Counted from the first letter of the stretch, positions 50,172-60,326 are shown. The stretch: 64,000 bases of DNA from Bacillota bacterium (GCA_050949225.1 JBMNFI010000002.1:125003-189002); one strand, 5' to 3'. Notes: generated from the letters alone by a model not told the origin. Program-made: numbers and translations.

Positions 50172-50216
50172 TCCCTGCTCCGCTAAGCGGAGCCGTTAGT
50201 CCACAGGGAGGAGGTG
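50172..50216 (+). ncRNA. S6:S18 ribosomal protein leader (autoregulatory RNA)
   Basis: TCCCTG-CTCCGCTAAGCGGAG-CCG...CACAGGGAGGAGG hairpin with CCG bulge next to the rpsF RBS; promoter TTGCCT-N17-TACTAT at 50113-50141. Confidence 0.7.
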
Positions 50217-50222
50217 TTTGGT

Positions 50223-50510
50223 TTGCGTAAATATGAAGTGCTTTACATTATGAAGCCTGATCTCTTAGAGGAGAAATATCAGGAGAATATTGAAAAGTAT
50301 AATGCGTTGATCCAAGCCAATGGCGGTGAAATTCTCAATACTGATATTTGGGGAAAACGTCGTCTGGCATATGAGATCGATAAAATACGCGAAGGATATT
50401 ATGTTCTTTTACAAATCCAGTGTGATACTGAACTAACTAAAGAATTAGAACGTCATTTTAGAATATCCGAAGATGTTATTCGCTATTTAGTAACCAGAAT
50501 TGAAGAGTAG
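50223..50510 (+). CDS. rpsF: 30S ribosomal protein S6
   Basis: RKYE, WGKRRLAYEI, EGYY, VIRYL; TTG start. Confidence 0.96.
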   Translation: MRKYEVLYIMKPDLLEEKYQENIEKYNALIQANGGEILNTDIWGKRRLAYEIDKIREGYYVLLQIQCDTELTKELERHFRISEDVIRYLVTRIEE

Positions 50511-50545
50511 TAATCTGTCCTGTAAAGTATTTGAGGAGGGACAAA

Positions 50546-50983
50546 ATGCTTAATAGAATAGTTTTAATCGGCCGTTTAACTAGGGATCCGGAATTACGTT
50601 ACACCCAAAATGGAGTAGCTGTGGCCAGTTTTACACTAGCTGTGGATCGTTCGTTTAAAAGTGCTGATGGACAAAAAGAAACCGACTTTATCAATATTGT
50701 TGCCTGGCGCGGTTTAGGCGAAAATTGCTCTAATTATCTGAGTAAAGGTAAATTAGCTGCTGTTGATGGTCGTTTGCAAATTAGAAGTTATGAAGGTAAA
50801 GATGGCGTGAAACGTATAGCGGCCGAAGTTGTGGCTGATGATGTACGTTTTTTATCACCGAGAGATGGTTCGGCGGCAGCAAAGCCTGCGGCCAATGATC
50901 ATAAAGGCTATGTAAATGACAGCGATCAAACGGATGATTTTGATCCTGAAATGCCGGTCGGTGATGGCGATTTACCTTTTTAA
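50546..50983 (+). CDS. ssb: Single-stranded DNA-binding protein
   Basis: LN...LIGRLTRDPELRYT, C-terminal DLPF. Confidence 0.97.
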   Translation: MLNRIVLIGRLTRDPELRYTQNGVAVASFTLAVDRSFKSADGQKETDFINIVAWRGLGENCSNYLSKGKLAAVDGRLQIRSYEGKDGVKRIAAEVVADDVRFLSPRDGSAAAKPAANDHKGYVNDSDQTDDFDPEMPVGDGDLPF

Positions 50984-51012
50984 AAATCTTGAATAAATAA
51001 GGAGGATCCCCC

Positions 51013-51264
51013 ATGGCTGATCATGAAAGAGGCGAACGTGGCATGCGTAACCGTCGCGGACGGAGACGTGTTTGTAGCTTTTGCGTAGATAAAGTTACAG
51101 AAATAGATTATAAAGATACCGCTAAATTACGTAAATATATTACTGAAAGAGGTAAAATTCTACCTCGTCGTATTTCCGGTAATTGCGCAAAACATCAAAG
51201 ATGTTTGACGACAGCAATCAAAAAGGCTCGAATTGCCGCTTTATTACCTTATACAACCGAATAG
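51013..51264 (+). CDS. rpsR: 30S ribosomal protein S18 (Zn-binding form)
   Basis: [26 protein letters not shown]. Confidence 0.97.
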   Translation: MADHERGERGMRNRRGRRRVCSFCVDKVTEIDYKDTAKLRKYITERGKILPRRISGNCAKHQRCLTTAIKKARIAALLPYTTE

Positions 51265-51603
51265 TTATCTGATGAATATAGTTATTAAAAGCAGTTGGAT
51301 CATATCGTCCGACTGTTTTTAACTTTATTATCGGCTAAAAATACCAGTAGGTTTGGTGATAAGGGATCAGTGGGTTAGAATCCTTATTGCCTAGATCACT
51401 GTGCTGAAAGAGGCATTATTTAAAGTAAAGTTGTTTACCCCTAGGCGGTCATTGAATGTGTTGTGTTGGTTAAGTTAGTTTAAGAAGGTGTTTTAGATAA
51501 TATTCCGTCATATTTGTAGGTATTGAGGCAGGAATAGGTATTGAAAGAGCAGAAGATATCTATTTAGCCATATTTTAAAAAATTTGGGATAAGCAGGTTG
51601 TCT

Positions 51604-52608
51604 ATGACAGATTTCGATCAGGAACAATTTAATAAGACGGACCTTCAACAAAAGCCGCATCCGGCACGGATTGCTATGATGGTTGCTTTGGCAGGAATTT
51701 GCGGTTTAACTAGTTTTTTACCGATTATTGGTTGGGTAGCTTCCCTTATTTATGCCATTCCGTTGGCTATTGTAACCTATCGTTATGGTTTGCGTTGGGG
51801 GATTATCGCTCTTTTAGTAGTGACGGTTTTGTTATCCTTGTTTTCAAACCCCCTTTCGGCGGGTTTATTATCTCTTCAAAATGGTGTGATGGGGCTATTT
51901 TTTGGACAAAGTTTCAGACTAAAAATGGGTGCCTTACGTATCCTCATTCGAGGTATTGTGCTGGCGGTGGCTCTATCTTTTGCCACTTTACTGATTTCCG
52001 CCTTAATGGCGGGCTTTACGCCGCTTTTGATGTATGAGACTTATGTCACGGCGATTGAACAAATGTTGGATACTCTTTTCACTGAAAAGACTTATCAGGG
52101 GATGCCTGCCGCTGAGTATAAGGCTGCTTTTTTAGAATTATTTAGTCGTATTTTGCCCAGTCTTTTGGTTATCTACGCTATGCTGATAGCTGCGTTACAG
52201 TATCTGTTTATAGTCTTAATCATGCGCCGCTTGGGGCATCAGGTTCCTAAATTGCCGGCTTTTGCAAACTGGCATCTTAATTGGCAGTTAGTATGGGGTT
52301 TTATTATAGCGGTGATCCTCAATGCTGTAGGGAATCTAAATGAATGGTCGCTGCTTTCTGTGATTACTGCCAACATTATGTATGTATATTACCCCTTGTT
52401 GTTTATTTGCGGATTGGCTTTCTTTTATTGGTTGTCCAAGCAGCTTAAATCTTTAGCATTGATGGTAATTATTGTGATCGCGGCAATTATGTTTTTCAAT
52501 GTTTTTGTTTACGTGTTATTGATAGTTGCGATTGTGGATCCCATTTTTAATTTACGGGAGAAATTTTATAAATTATTTAACAGAGAAAAAGATGGAGGCG
52601 AAAGATAA
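51604..52608 (+). CDS. YybS/DUF2232 family membrane protein
   Basis: Multi-TM, P......RYG.R.G, LP.F..W; conserved position before rplI. Confidence 0.8.
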   Translation: MTDFDQEQFNKTDLQQKPHPARIAMMVALAGICGLTSFLPIIGWVASLIYAIPLAIVTYRYGLRWGIIALLVVTVLLSLFSNPLSAGLLSLQNGVMGLFFGQSFRLKMGALRILIRGIVLAVALSFATLLISALMAGFTPLLMYETYVTAIEQMLDTLFTEKTYQGMPAAEYKAAFLELFSRILPSLLVIYAMLIAALQYLFIVLIMRRLGHQVPKLPAFANWHLNWQLVWGFIIAVILNAVGNLNEWSLLSVITANIMYVYYPLLFICGLAFFYWLSKQLKSLALMVIIVIAAIMFFNVFVYVLLIVAIVDPIFNLREKFYKLFNREKDGGER

Positions 52609-53057
52609 TGAAAGTAATTTTATTAGAGGATATTAAATCTTTAGGTAAAAGAGGGGACGTTAAGGTGGTTTCTGATGGCTATGCCAGAAATTTTTTACTC
52701 CCTAAAAAATTAGTTGTGGAGGCCGATAAATCCACTATGAATATGTTGGAGCACGAAAAAGAAGTGCAGGCTAAAAAAGAGGCTGAGATATTGGCCAAGG
52801 CAAAGGACGTGGCAAACAAGCTTAAAGAGCAGGGTTTTTCTATTAAGGCTAAATGTGGTGAGGGCGGGCGTTTATTTGGTTCCATTACCAATGCCGACGT
52901 TGCTGAAGAATTAGCCAAAAGTGGAATCGAAGTTGATAAAAGAAAGATTGAGATCAGCGAGCCTATTAAGAGCCTGGGTGATTATCAGGTTGTTTTACGT
53001 CTGCATCCTAAAGTGCAAAGTAAGATTATGATTAAGATTGAAGCTGTTGAAAATTAA
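52608..53057 (+). CDS. rplI: 50S ribosomal protein L9
   Basis: MKVILL.D...LGK.G, GYARNFL.P, GRLFGSIT. Confidence 0.97.
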   Translation: MKVILLEDIKSLGKRGDVKVVSDGYARNFLLPKKLVVEADKSTMNMLEHEKEVQAKKEAEILAKAKDVANKLKEQGFSIKAKCGEGGRLFGSITNADVAEELAKSGIEVDKRKIEISEPIKSLGDYQVVLRLHPKVQSKIMIKIEAVEN

Positions 53058-53074
53058 CGGCGGGAGAAAGGATT

Positions 53075-54430
53075 ATGGCAAAACAAGTGTTGCGCGAATT
53101 ACCTCATAATGTTGAGGCGGAGCAGGCCCTTTTAGGAGCCTGTCTGATTGATAAGGAAGCTATCAATAACGCTATGGAATATGTTCGCAGTGATGATTTT
53201 TATCGTGTGGGGCATAGGTCTATTTTTACTTGTTTACAGAAATTGGCTTTGGCGGGTGAACCCTGCGATTTAGTTACGGTGGCCGAAGAGCTTGATAAAC
53301 TGGGTCAGCTGGAGCAGGCCGGTGGTCTGGAATATTTGGTTTCTTTGGCGGATACTGTTCCTGCTGTTGCTTCAGCAGGCTACTATGCCCAGATTGTAGC
53401 GCAAAAAGCTGTGATTAGGGCTTTGATTGCTGCTGCTGCCAAAATTCAGGAGCAAGGATATACTCATGGTTATGAAGCGCAGGAATTGCTGGAAATGGCC
53501 GAAAAATCGATTATGGAGATTGCCGAGAACCGTAATCAGGGCAGCTTCTACCATATTAGTGATATTTCCGGTGAAGTGATGGAGCACATTGCCAGCATAA
53601 AGCAGACAGATGGAGTTATCGGTGTTCCGACCTTTACTGATTTGGATAAAATATTATCCGGATTACAGAAGAGTGACCTGATCATTTTGGCGGCTCGTCC
53701 GGGCATGGGAAAAACATCGATGGCTTTAAATATCGCCCAGCAAGCGGCCGTTACGCATGGGCGCCGGGTGGCGATTTTTAGTTTGGAGATGGCCAGAGAA
53801 CAGTTAGTGCAAAGAATGTTATGTTCCTTGGCCGGAGTTGATTTGGGTAAAGTACGCGCCGGAGCAGCTGCTGTTGATGAGCTAAATCGTCTCTCGGAAA
53901 GTTTGGGACCTTTATCACAATCCGAATTGTATATTGATGATACGGCGGGTATTACGGTGACAGAGATGCGTTCCCGTTGTCGCAAACTTAAACTGGAGAA
54001 AAAGGGTTTGGATCTGATTGTTGTTGACTACTTGCAACTGATGCAGGGGTCAAGCAGAAGAGCCGAAAACAGGCAACAGGAAATTGCCGATATTTCCCGT
54101 TCATTAAAGGCCTTGGCTAAAGAATTGGATGTGCCAATTTTAGCCTTGTCCCAGCTTTCAAGGATGGCGGAACGAGGGAATGAGCCTCCTAACTTAAGCC
54201 ATTTGCGCGAATCGGGGGCTTTGGAGCAGGATGCCGATATTGTGATTTTTATTCACCGCCGGGTCGATGATGAAGCAGCAGAAGCCGATGGTCTGGTTGA
54301 TATTATTGTGGCCAAGCATCGGAATGGTCCAGTAGGCACTGTTAAAATGGTCTTTGTCTCCAAAATAACGGCTTTTAAAAATTATGCTAAAGAATGGATC
54401 GGAGAGCCTCCCCCGGAAATTAGTGATTAA
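53075..54430 (+). CDS. dnaB: Replicative DNA helicase
   Basis: PHN.EAEQA.LG, AARPGMGKT, FSLEM, DYLQL, LRESGALEQDAD, KHRNGP.G; no intein. Confidence 0.97.
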   Translation: MAKQVLRELPHNVEAEQALLGACLIDKEAINNAMEYVRSDDFYRVGHRSIFTCLQKLALAGEPCDLVTVAEELDKLGQLEQAGGLEYLVSLADTVPAVASAGYYAQIVAQKAVIRALIAAAAKIQEQGYTHGYEAQELLEMAEKSIMEIAENRNQGSFYHISDISGEVMEHIASIKQTDGVIGVPTFTDLDKILSGLQKSDLIILAARPGMGKTSMALNIAQQAAVTHGRRVAIFSLEMAREQLVQRMLCSLAGVDLGKVRAGAAAVDELNRLSESLGPLSQSELYIDDTAGITVTEMRSRCRKLKLEKKGLDLIVVDYLQLMQGSSRRAENRQQEIADISRSLKALAKELDVPILALSQLSRMAERGNEPPNLSHLRESGALEQDADIVIFIHRRVDDEAAEADGLVDIIVAKHRNGPVGTVKMVFVSKITAFKNYAKEWIGEPPPEISD

Positions 54431-54431
54431 G

Positions 54432-54521
54432 AGACCTTTCCCCCAAGTGGAGGGTTTTCCTACGGTGAGGGGTTGAATCATGATACAGTCAAAGACCTTT
54501 CCCCCAAGTGGAGGGTTTTCC
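54432..54521 (+). CRISPR. Orphan CRISPR-like mini-array: 2 identical 29-bp repeats, one 32-bp spacer
   Basis: AGACCTTTCCCCCAAGTGGAGGGTTTTCC at 54432-54460 and 54493-54521; 61-bp period; partly palindromic; no cas genes in window. The repeat is certain, the CRISPR origin is inferred. Confidence 0.55.
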
Positions 54522-54630
54522 GGAAAGCCAGATAAATAAATTAAGCGGCTTAGAGGGCTTATCTTCTACACATAGCAGGCGATAAGCCCTCTGGCTTTGC
54601 CCGATTTTCGCATATGCTTGGCTTTGATCA

Positions 54631-54670
54631 TAAAAAAACTGCACCCTTTTAAAAGGGTGCAGTTTTTTTA
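54631..54670. terminator. Bidirectional terminator (dnaB operon / ilvC)
   Basis: 40-bp perfect palindrome TAAAAAAACTGCACCCTTTT-AAAAGGGTGCAGTTTTTTTA. Confidence 0.85.
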
Positions 54671-54677
54671 TCAGGAT

Positions 54678-55697
54678 TTATTTGCCTACTTCAAAGGTTT
54701 TATCATCCTTTTTAAGCCAGGTCATCATGGAACGTAATTTTTTGCCGACTTGTTCAATCTGATGTTCCTCACCTTGTTTTTCCAGTGCCTTAAAGACCGG
54801 GCGTCCGGCTTGATTTTCCAGGAGCCATTCACGGGCGAAAACGCCATCTTGAATTTCCGTTAGAACCTGACGCATTTCTTCTTTAGTCTCTTCTGTGATA
54901 ATTCTTGGACCAGTGACTAAATCACCCCACTCTGCGGTGTCACTGATGGAATAACGCATCATGCTGATGCCTGCTTCATACATAAGGTCAACGATCAATT
55001 TTGTTTCGTGCAAACATTCAAAATAAGCGACCTCCGGCTGATAACCGGCTTCGACCAATGTTTCAAAGCCCGCAGTAATTAGGTGGCTTAGACCACCGCA
55101 CAGCACTACCTGTTCGCCGAAAAGATCCGTTTCAGTTTCTTCTTTAAAAGTAGTTTCGATTACACCGGCACGTGTGGTGCCGATACCTTTGGCATAGGCC
55201 ATTGCCATATCATGAGCATTGCCGGTGGCATCTTGATAAATCGCGATCAAGGCAGGAGTACCTGCACCTTCTGTATAGGTTCTTCTGACTAAGTGTCCGG
55301 GACTTTTAGGTGCAATCATTACCACATCAATATCCTGTGGTGGCATGATTTGGTTGAAATGGATGTTGAAACCGTGAGCGAAACCCAGGACTTTACCGGG
55401 TTTAAGATTGGGCAGGATTTCTTCGCGATAGATTTTGGCGGCTGCCTCATCAGGAACCAGCATTTGAATATAATCGGCGGCGGCCGCTGCTTCGGCAACG
55501 GACATCACTGTCATTCCATCGGCCACGGCTCTTTTGTAACCACCGCCACCTGTTCTTTGTCCTACAACTACATCAAGACCACTGTCACGCAGATTCAGAG
55601 CATGGGCATGACCTTGACTGCCATAGCCTATGATAGCGATTTTCTTATCCTGTAATAAAGAAAGATTCGCATCATTATCATAATAAATTTTTACCAT
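54678..55697 (-). CDS. ilvC: Ketol-acid reductoisomerase
   Basis: [46 protein letters not shown]. Confidence 0.97.
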   Translation of the reverse strand: MVKIYYDNDANLSLLQDKKIAIIGYGSQGHAHALNLRDSGLDVVVGQRTGGGGYKRAVADGMTVMSVAEAAAAADYIQMLVPDEAAAKIYREEILPNLKPGKVLGFAHGFNIHFNQIMPPQDIDVVMIAPKSPGHLVRRTYTEGAGTPALIAIYQDATGNAHDMAMAYAKGIGTTRAGVIETTFKEETETDLFGEQVVLCGGLSHLITAGFETLVEAGYQPEVAYFECLHETKLIVDLMYEAGISMMRYSISDTAEWGDLVTGPRIITEETKEEMRQVLTEIQDGVFAREWLLENQAGRPVFKALEKQGEEHQIEQVGKKLRSMMTWLKKDDKTFEVGK

Positions 55698-55891
55698 CTT
55701 TAATACCCTCCAGTTTTATTTATTAAATAGTGACAATATTTTATTATAGTAAAATTATGTTATTCCTCTATTTTAGCATGGTTAGCTTGGTTTTGACAAG
55801 TATTTTCTTATTAAGACCATGAGTTTATCTATATTTAAGATAATATTTGTCCACCTTTTAGCATATCTATGATTATATAATTTACTTAAAG

Positions 55892-57364
55892 GTGGATCAT
55901 GATGTGCTTTTAGGAATGGATGAGGTTATTACTTTTATCAGCGATAAGATTGTTTGGAGTCCCCTTTTAGTTATTTTTTGTTTAGCCAGTGGGCTGTTTT
56001 TTTCTATTGCTACAAGATTTTTACAGCTTAGCCAGCTTGTAAATATGATCAAACTATTATTTGATCGTAAAAAAAAAGGAACGGGGATTTCATCTTTTCA
56101 GTCATTTACCATGAGTCTTGCCGGACGAATTGGGATTGGTAATATCTCGGGGACAGCTACTGCTGTTTTTTTTGGTGGCCCGGGAGCGGTTTTTTGGATG
56201 TGGATGATTGCCTTTTTGGGAGCCGCTACTTCATTTATAGAATGCACATTAGCTCAGGTATGGAAGGAGGAAGTTGATGGTCAGTATCGAGGTGGACCGG
56301 CCTATTATATTTCTAAAGGGTTGGGGTGGCGACGTTATGCGACCTTTTTTGCTATTACTTGTGTACTGGCTTGCGGTTTATTGTTGCCGGGAGTACAATC
56401 CGGTACGGTGATTACAGCCATCAATGATGTCAGCGGGGTTAATAAATCGATTTTGGGTTTGATGATCACCATCTTTTTGGGGATTATTATGATCGGCGGG
56501 ATTAAGCGTATTGCCAAGGTGGCAGAGATTCTTGTTCCCTTTATGGCAGTGGGTTATCTATTAGTGCTCTTGCTGGTTCTGATCAAGGAGGCGGTGTATA
56601 TTCCGGAGATGTTTGCGATGATCTTTAGCAGTGCTTTGGGGGTTGATGCTCTTTTTGGCGGTGTTTTAGGGTCAGCGGTTTCCTGGGGAGTTAAAAGGGG
56701 GGCTTACGCTAACGAGGCGGGAATGGGGAATGCGCCGCATGCAGCGGCAGCGGCAGAGGTTTCACATCCGGCAAAACAAGGGTTGATCCAAGCCTTTTCG
56801 GTTTACGTGGATACTTTTATGGTTTGCACCGGTACGGCTTTTGTGATGCTGTTGACCAAATGCTACAATGTGGTAGACGAGCGCACAGGTGCAATGATCG
56901 TTGAATATGTGCCGCATTTGGAAAAGGGAGCGGCTTTTACGCAGGCGGCGGTTGAGCCTTTATTGGCAGGGGGTGCCGGGATTTTTATTGCTGTTGCTTT
57001 AAGTCTTTTTGCTTTTACCTCTTTGCTCTCTTATTATTATCAGGCAGAAACTAATCTTAGTTTTATTTTTAAAGATGATAAAAAGCTAAAACAAGGGATA
57101 ATTTTTTTGCAGATTATTTTTTTGACAACGATTTTCATGTCTTCTTTACGTTCGATGGATACTATTTGGGCAATGGGTGATATTGGGGTGGGGTTGATGG
57201 CTTGGCTGAATATGATTGCCATTTTTAAGCTGCGTAAACAAGCCTTAGCAGTTTGGCACGATTATCGATATCAGCAGCTGGAGGGTGTTGATCCTGTTTT
57301 TATTGCTAAAAAGGTAGGGATTAAAAATGCTGATTTGTGGAATGAAAAAAATAACCTCAAATAG
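55892..57364 (+). CDS. Alanine/glycine:cation symporter (AlsT/AGCS family)
   Basis: G.GNI.G.A.A, GGPGAVFWMW, RGGPAYY, GGIKRIA, NEAGMG; exact start uncertain. Confidence 0.92.
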   Translation: MDHDVLLGMDEVITFISDKIVWSPLLVIFCLASGLFFSIATRFLQLSQLVNMIKLLFDRKKKGTGISSFQSFTMSLAGRIGIGNISGTATAVFFGGPGAVFWMWMIAFLGAATSFIECTLAQVWKEEVDGQYRGGPAYYISKGLGWRRYATFFAITCVLACGLLLPGVQSGTVITAINDVSGVNKSILGLMITIFLGIIMIGGIKRIAKVAEILVPFMAVGYLLVLLLVLIKEAVYIPEMFAMIFSSALGVDALFGGVLGSAVSWGVKRGAYANEAGMGNAPHAAAAAEVSHPAKQGLIQAFSVYVDTFMVCTGTAFVMLLTKCYNVVDERTGAMIVEYVPHLEKGAAFTQAAVEPLLAGGAGIFIAVALSLFAFTSLLSYYYQAETNLSFIFKDDKKLKQGIIFLQIIFLTTIFMSSLRSMDTIWAMGDIGVGLMAWLNMIAIFKLRKQALAVWHDYRYQQLEGVDPVFIAKKVGIKNADLWNEKNNLK

Positions 57365-57496
57365 CTTATTATAAGAATGTACAAAGATAGATTTTAATAG
57401 TATAATAGATAAAATAAAGGAAAAAACAGGTAATATGTAAAAAAGGGGGGCATGCAAAAAAACAGCAATGATTAATACTTAAAGGGGGTTAGGATT

Positions 57497-58723
57497 ATGG
57501 TTTTGTTGCAAGGTTTAAAAAAAGCGGGATTTCTACTAATAATTTTATTGGCTGTTTGTTTGTGGGGAGCCTCTTCTTCAACAGCTTATGCAAATGATGA
57601 TGTTGCAGAAACTGAGAATATGATCGTTGCAGATGAAGAGCAAGGTGGGCTAATCCCCGATGAAGAGCAAGACGAGGTGATTCCTGAAGAAAATCAGGAT
57701 ACGTTGGCCACTGATCAACAGAATGGGAAAACAATCAATAGTCAGGTATCCTCTGCAGAGATAGTGAATAGAACAGCCTTTAACGAGTCGTTTGATAAAA
57801 AAAAGGCTTATGTGAAGTTTACTTGCAATAATAGAATCATAGAAAGAACAATGAACTATCATAGTTCAATGTCGACTTGGATTCCTGTCGCAGAATTTGT
57901 TTCACTGCTCGGCGGTAATGCAAAATGGATGAGCGATCCCGGTGTAATTTTCTTTTCTGTAGGCAATCGCACATTTGCATATTGTGCTAAGGTTAATTAT
58001 CTTTACATAGTGCAGCGGGATGCAAAAGGCTATTTCTGGCAAAAGGTATATTATACACAGCCCATCAAAAAAATTAATGATGTGAATTATTTAAACAGCA
58101 AGATTCTTAAACATCTGGGGATGTCATATAGCTGGCGTGATAGCCAACATAAGCTTGATATTACACTCGATCCTGCGATGCATGGTACAGGATATTTTGC
58201 TCCTACACAAACTAAAGCTTGGGAATTGGTGGGCAGTGATTTAAAAAAGAATATTCCTAAAGCGCCTACCACTGCCCTTTTGGGCTCTTACACTACCTAT
58301 TTTGATGCCGGATTAATTAACCGCACGACTAATATCCGTTTGGCAGCACAGGCTATCAACAATAAAGTAGTAAAGCCGGGTGCAACTTTTTCTTTTAACA
58401 GCACTGTTGGTCCGCGCACTCCGGCCAAAGGATACAAAAAGGCCATTATCTTTCAAAATGGTAAACAGGTGCAAGGCTATGGTGGTGGAGTTTGTCAAGT
58501 ATCGACAACGCTTTTTAATGCTGCAAGATCCGCAAAGTTAACTATTGTGGAAAGGCATTCACACAGTCTGCCCGTTAGTTATGCAACACCCGGTAATGAT
58601 GCGTCTGTATATTACGGCGTTACTGATTTTAGATTTAGAAATAATACGAAGAATGATATTTTGATTAAAACTATTGTAGGGAAAAATTATATAACTATAC
58701 AAATATATAGACGAATTGTATGA
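57497..58723 (+). CDS. Secreted VanW-domain protein
   Basis: Signal peptide, acidic linker, stalk-like domain, R..NI.LAA, FSFN..VGPR, GGGVCQVSTT, ERH.HS, DFRFRNN. Confidence 0.85.
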   Translation: MVLLQGLKKAGFLLIILLAVCLWGASSSTAYANDDVAETENMIVADEEQGGLIPDEEQDEVIPEENQDTLATDQQNGKTINSQVSSAEIVNRTAFNESFDKKKAYVKFTCNNRIIERTMNYHSSMSTWIPVAEFVSLLGGNAKWMSDPGVIFFSVGNRTFAYCAKVNYLYIVQRDAKGYFWQKVYYTQPIKKINDVNYLNSKILKHLGMSYSWRDSQHKLDITLDPAMHGTGYFAPTQTKAWELVGSDLKKNIPKAPTTALLGSYTTYFDAGLINRTTNIRLAAQAINNKVVKPGATFSFNSTVGPRTPAKGYKKAIIFQNGKQVQGYGGGVCQVSTTLFNAARSAKLTIVERHSHSLPVSYATPGNDASVYYGVTDFRFRNNTKNDILIKTIVGKNYITIQIYRRIV

Positions 58724-58738
58724 TAAAAAAATACTGTT

Positions 58739-58768
58739 GACCACCCCGGACAGCTGTCCGGGGTGGTC
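58739..58768. terminator. 30-bp perfect palindrome after VanW gene
   Basis: GACCACCCCGGACAG-CTGTCCGGGGTGGTC; weak U-tract. Confidence 0.55.
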
Positions 58769-58783
58769 GTTGATTGCGTCCAA

Positions 58784-58812
58784 TTGACAAAAAGAAAGGT
58801 TTTTGGTACAAT
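58784..58812 (+). promoter_or_regulatory. sigmaA promoter of purA
   Basis: TTGACA-N17-TACAAT. Confidence 0.7.
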
Positions 58813-58865
58813 AATCGGGTGGTTGCAAAAGTCTTTTTAGCAACCTACGGAAAGAGGTGCTTTTT

Positions 58866-60146
58866 ATGTCTACGGCTGTAATAGTTGGCGCTCAGTGGGG
58901 AGACGAAGGTAAGGGCAAAATAATTGATTTTTTGGCACAAAAGGCAGATATGGTTGTTCGTTCTCAAGGTGGCAATAATGCGGGGCATACAGTTGTTTGC
59001 GGTGATGAAACTTATAAGCTGCATCTGATTCCCTCCGGCATTTTATATGATGATGTTGAATGTATTATCGCAAATGGTGTAGTTGCCGATTTGGCCGTTG
59101 TTTTAAAGGAATTAGATGGGTTAGCCGCACAGGGCATCGGCAGTGATAATCTGCGTATTTCACAGAGGGCGCAAATGATTATGCCATATCATTGTCAAAT
59201 GGATGCATTGCAGGAAACCCTTAAGGGTGATTCTAAAATTGGCACTACCAAAAGGGGCATTGGGCCGGCCTATGTTGATAAAATTGCTCGTACGGGGTTC
59301 CGGCTGATCGATCTTATGGATTGGCCAAGTTTTCTGCAAAAATTGCATAGCAATATAGAAGAGAAGAATCGCATCTTTGAACTTTATGGGCAAGAATTAA
59401 TTGATGAAGAAAAAATTATCGCTGATTTTAAGGTTTATGCTGAGAGAATTAAACCTTATTTAGCTGATACTGCGCCGATTATTAATCAGGCGATTGATGA
59501 TGGTAAGAATGTTTTATTTGAAGGCGCCCAAGGTACTCTTTTAGATATTGATCATGGTACTTATCCCTATGTCACCTCCTCATATCCTACTGCGGGAGGT
59601 GCATGCACAGGCTCCGGGGTTGGTCCGACTAAAATTAAAAGGGTTTTAGGGATTGCTAAATCATATACTACCAGAGTTGGTGATGGACCTTTCCCTACGG
59701 AATTATTTGATGGAATCGGTGAAACTATTCGTCAGCAGGGTTTTGAATTTGGCACCACTACAGGTCGTCCGCGGCGCTGTGGTTGGTTTGATGCGGTGAT
59801 TTCCAGATATAGCATGATGATTAATGGTCTTACGGATCTAATTGTTACCAAGCTTGATGTTTTAGACAGCCTATCAGAGATAAAAATTTGTACGGCTTAT
59901 GAATATCAAGGGAGAATCATTACTGATTTTCCGGCTGATTTGAGTGTTTTATCAGAATGTCAACCTATTTATGAGTCTTTACCGGGTTGGCAAGCACCGA
60001 CTACCGATTGTCGTAGTTTTTCTGAATTGCCGCTGAATGCACAAAAATATTTACAAAGAGTAGCAGAGCTGTCAGGTGTAGAAATTTCTATTGTAGCTGT
60101 TGGTCCCGAGCGAACTCAGACCATTGTTATAAATGAAATATTTTAA
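58866..60146 (+). CDS. purA: Adenylosuccinate synthetase
   Basis: GAQWGDEGKGK, GG.NAGHT, GIGPAY.DK, EGAQG, TTGRPRRCGW. Confidence 0.97.
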   Translation: MSTAVIVGAQWGDEGKGKIIDFLAQKADMVVRSQGGNNAGHTVVCGDETYKLHLIPSGILYDDVECIIANGVVADLAVVLKELDGLAAQGIGSDNLRISQRAQMIMPYHCQMDALQETLKGDSKIGTTKRGIGPAYVDKIARTGFRLIDLMDWPSFLQKLHSNIEEKNRIFELYGQELIDEEKIIADFKVYAERIKPYLADTAPIINQAIDDGKNVLFEGAQGTLLDIDHGTYPYVTSSYPTAGGACTGSGVGPTKIKRVLGIAKSYTTRVGDGPFPTELFDGIGETIRQQGFEFGTTTGRPRRCGWFDAVISRYSMMINGLTDLIVTKLDVLDSLSEIKICTAYEYQGRIITDFPADLSVLSECQPIYESLPGWQAPTTDCRSFSELPLNAQKYLQRVAELSGVEISIVAVGPERTQTIVINEIF

Positions 60147-60247
60147 TTAGTTATATGCAACTAGTTATATACATTAGCTATATACAAAGGATGTTTAAAA
60201 GAAAGCTTGACAAGAAAGAGGAAATATATTATCATATATTCTTGTTT

Positions 60248-60323
60248 GAGGCATTAGCTCAGTTGGTAGAGCACCTGACTTTTAATCAGGGAGTCCGGAG
60301 TTCGAGTCTCCGATGCCTTACCA
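60248..60323 (+). tRNA. tRNA-Lys (TTT)
   Basis: Cloverleaf, arm CCTGA-CT TTT AA-TCAGG, CCA end; promoter TTGACA-N17-TATCAT at 60207-60235. Confidence 0.95.
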
Positions 60324-60326
60324 TCC

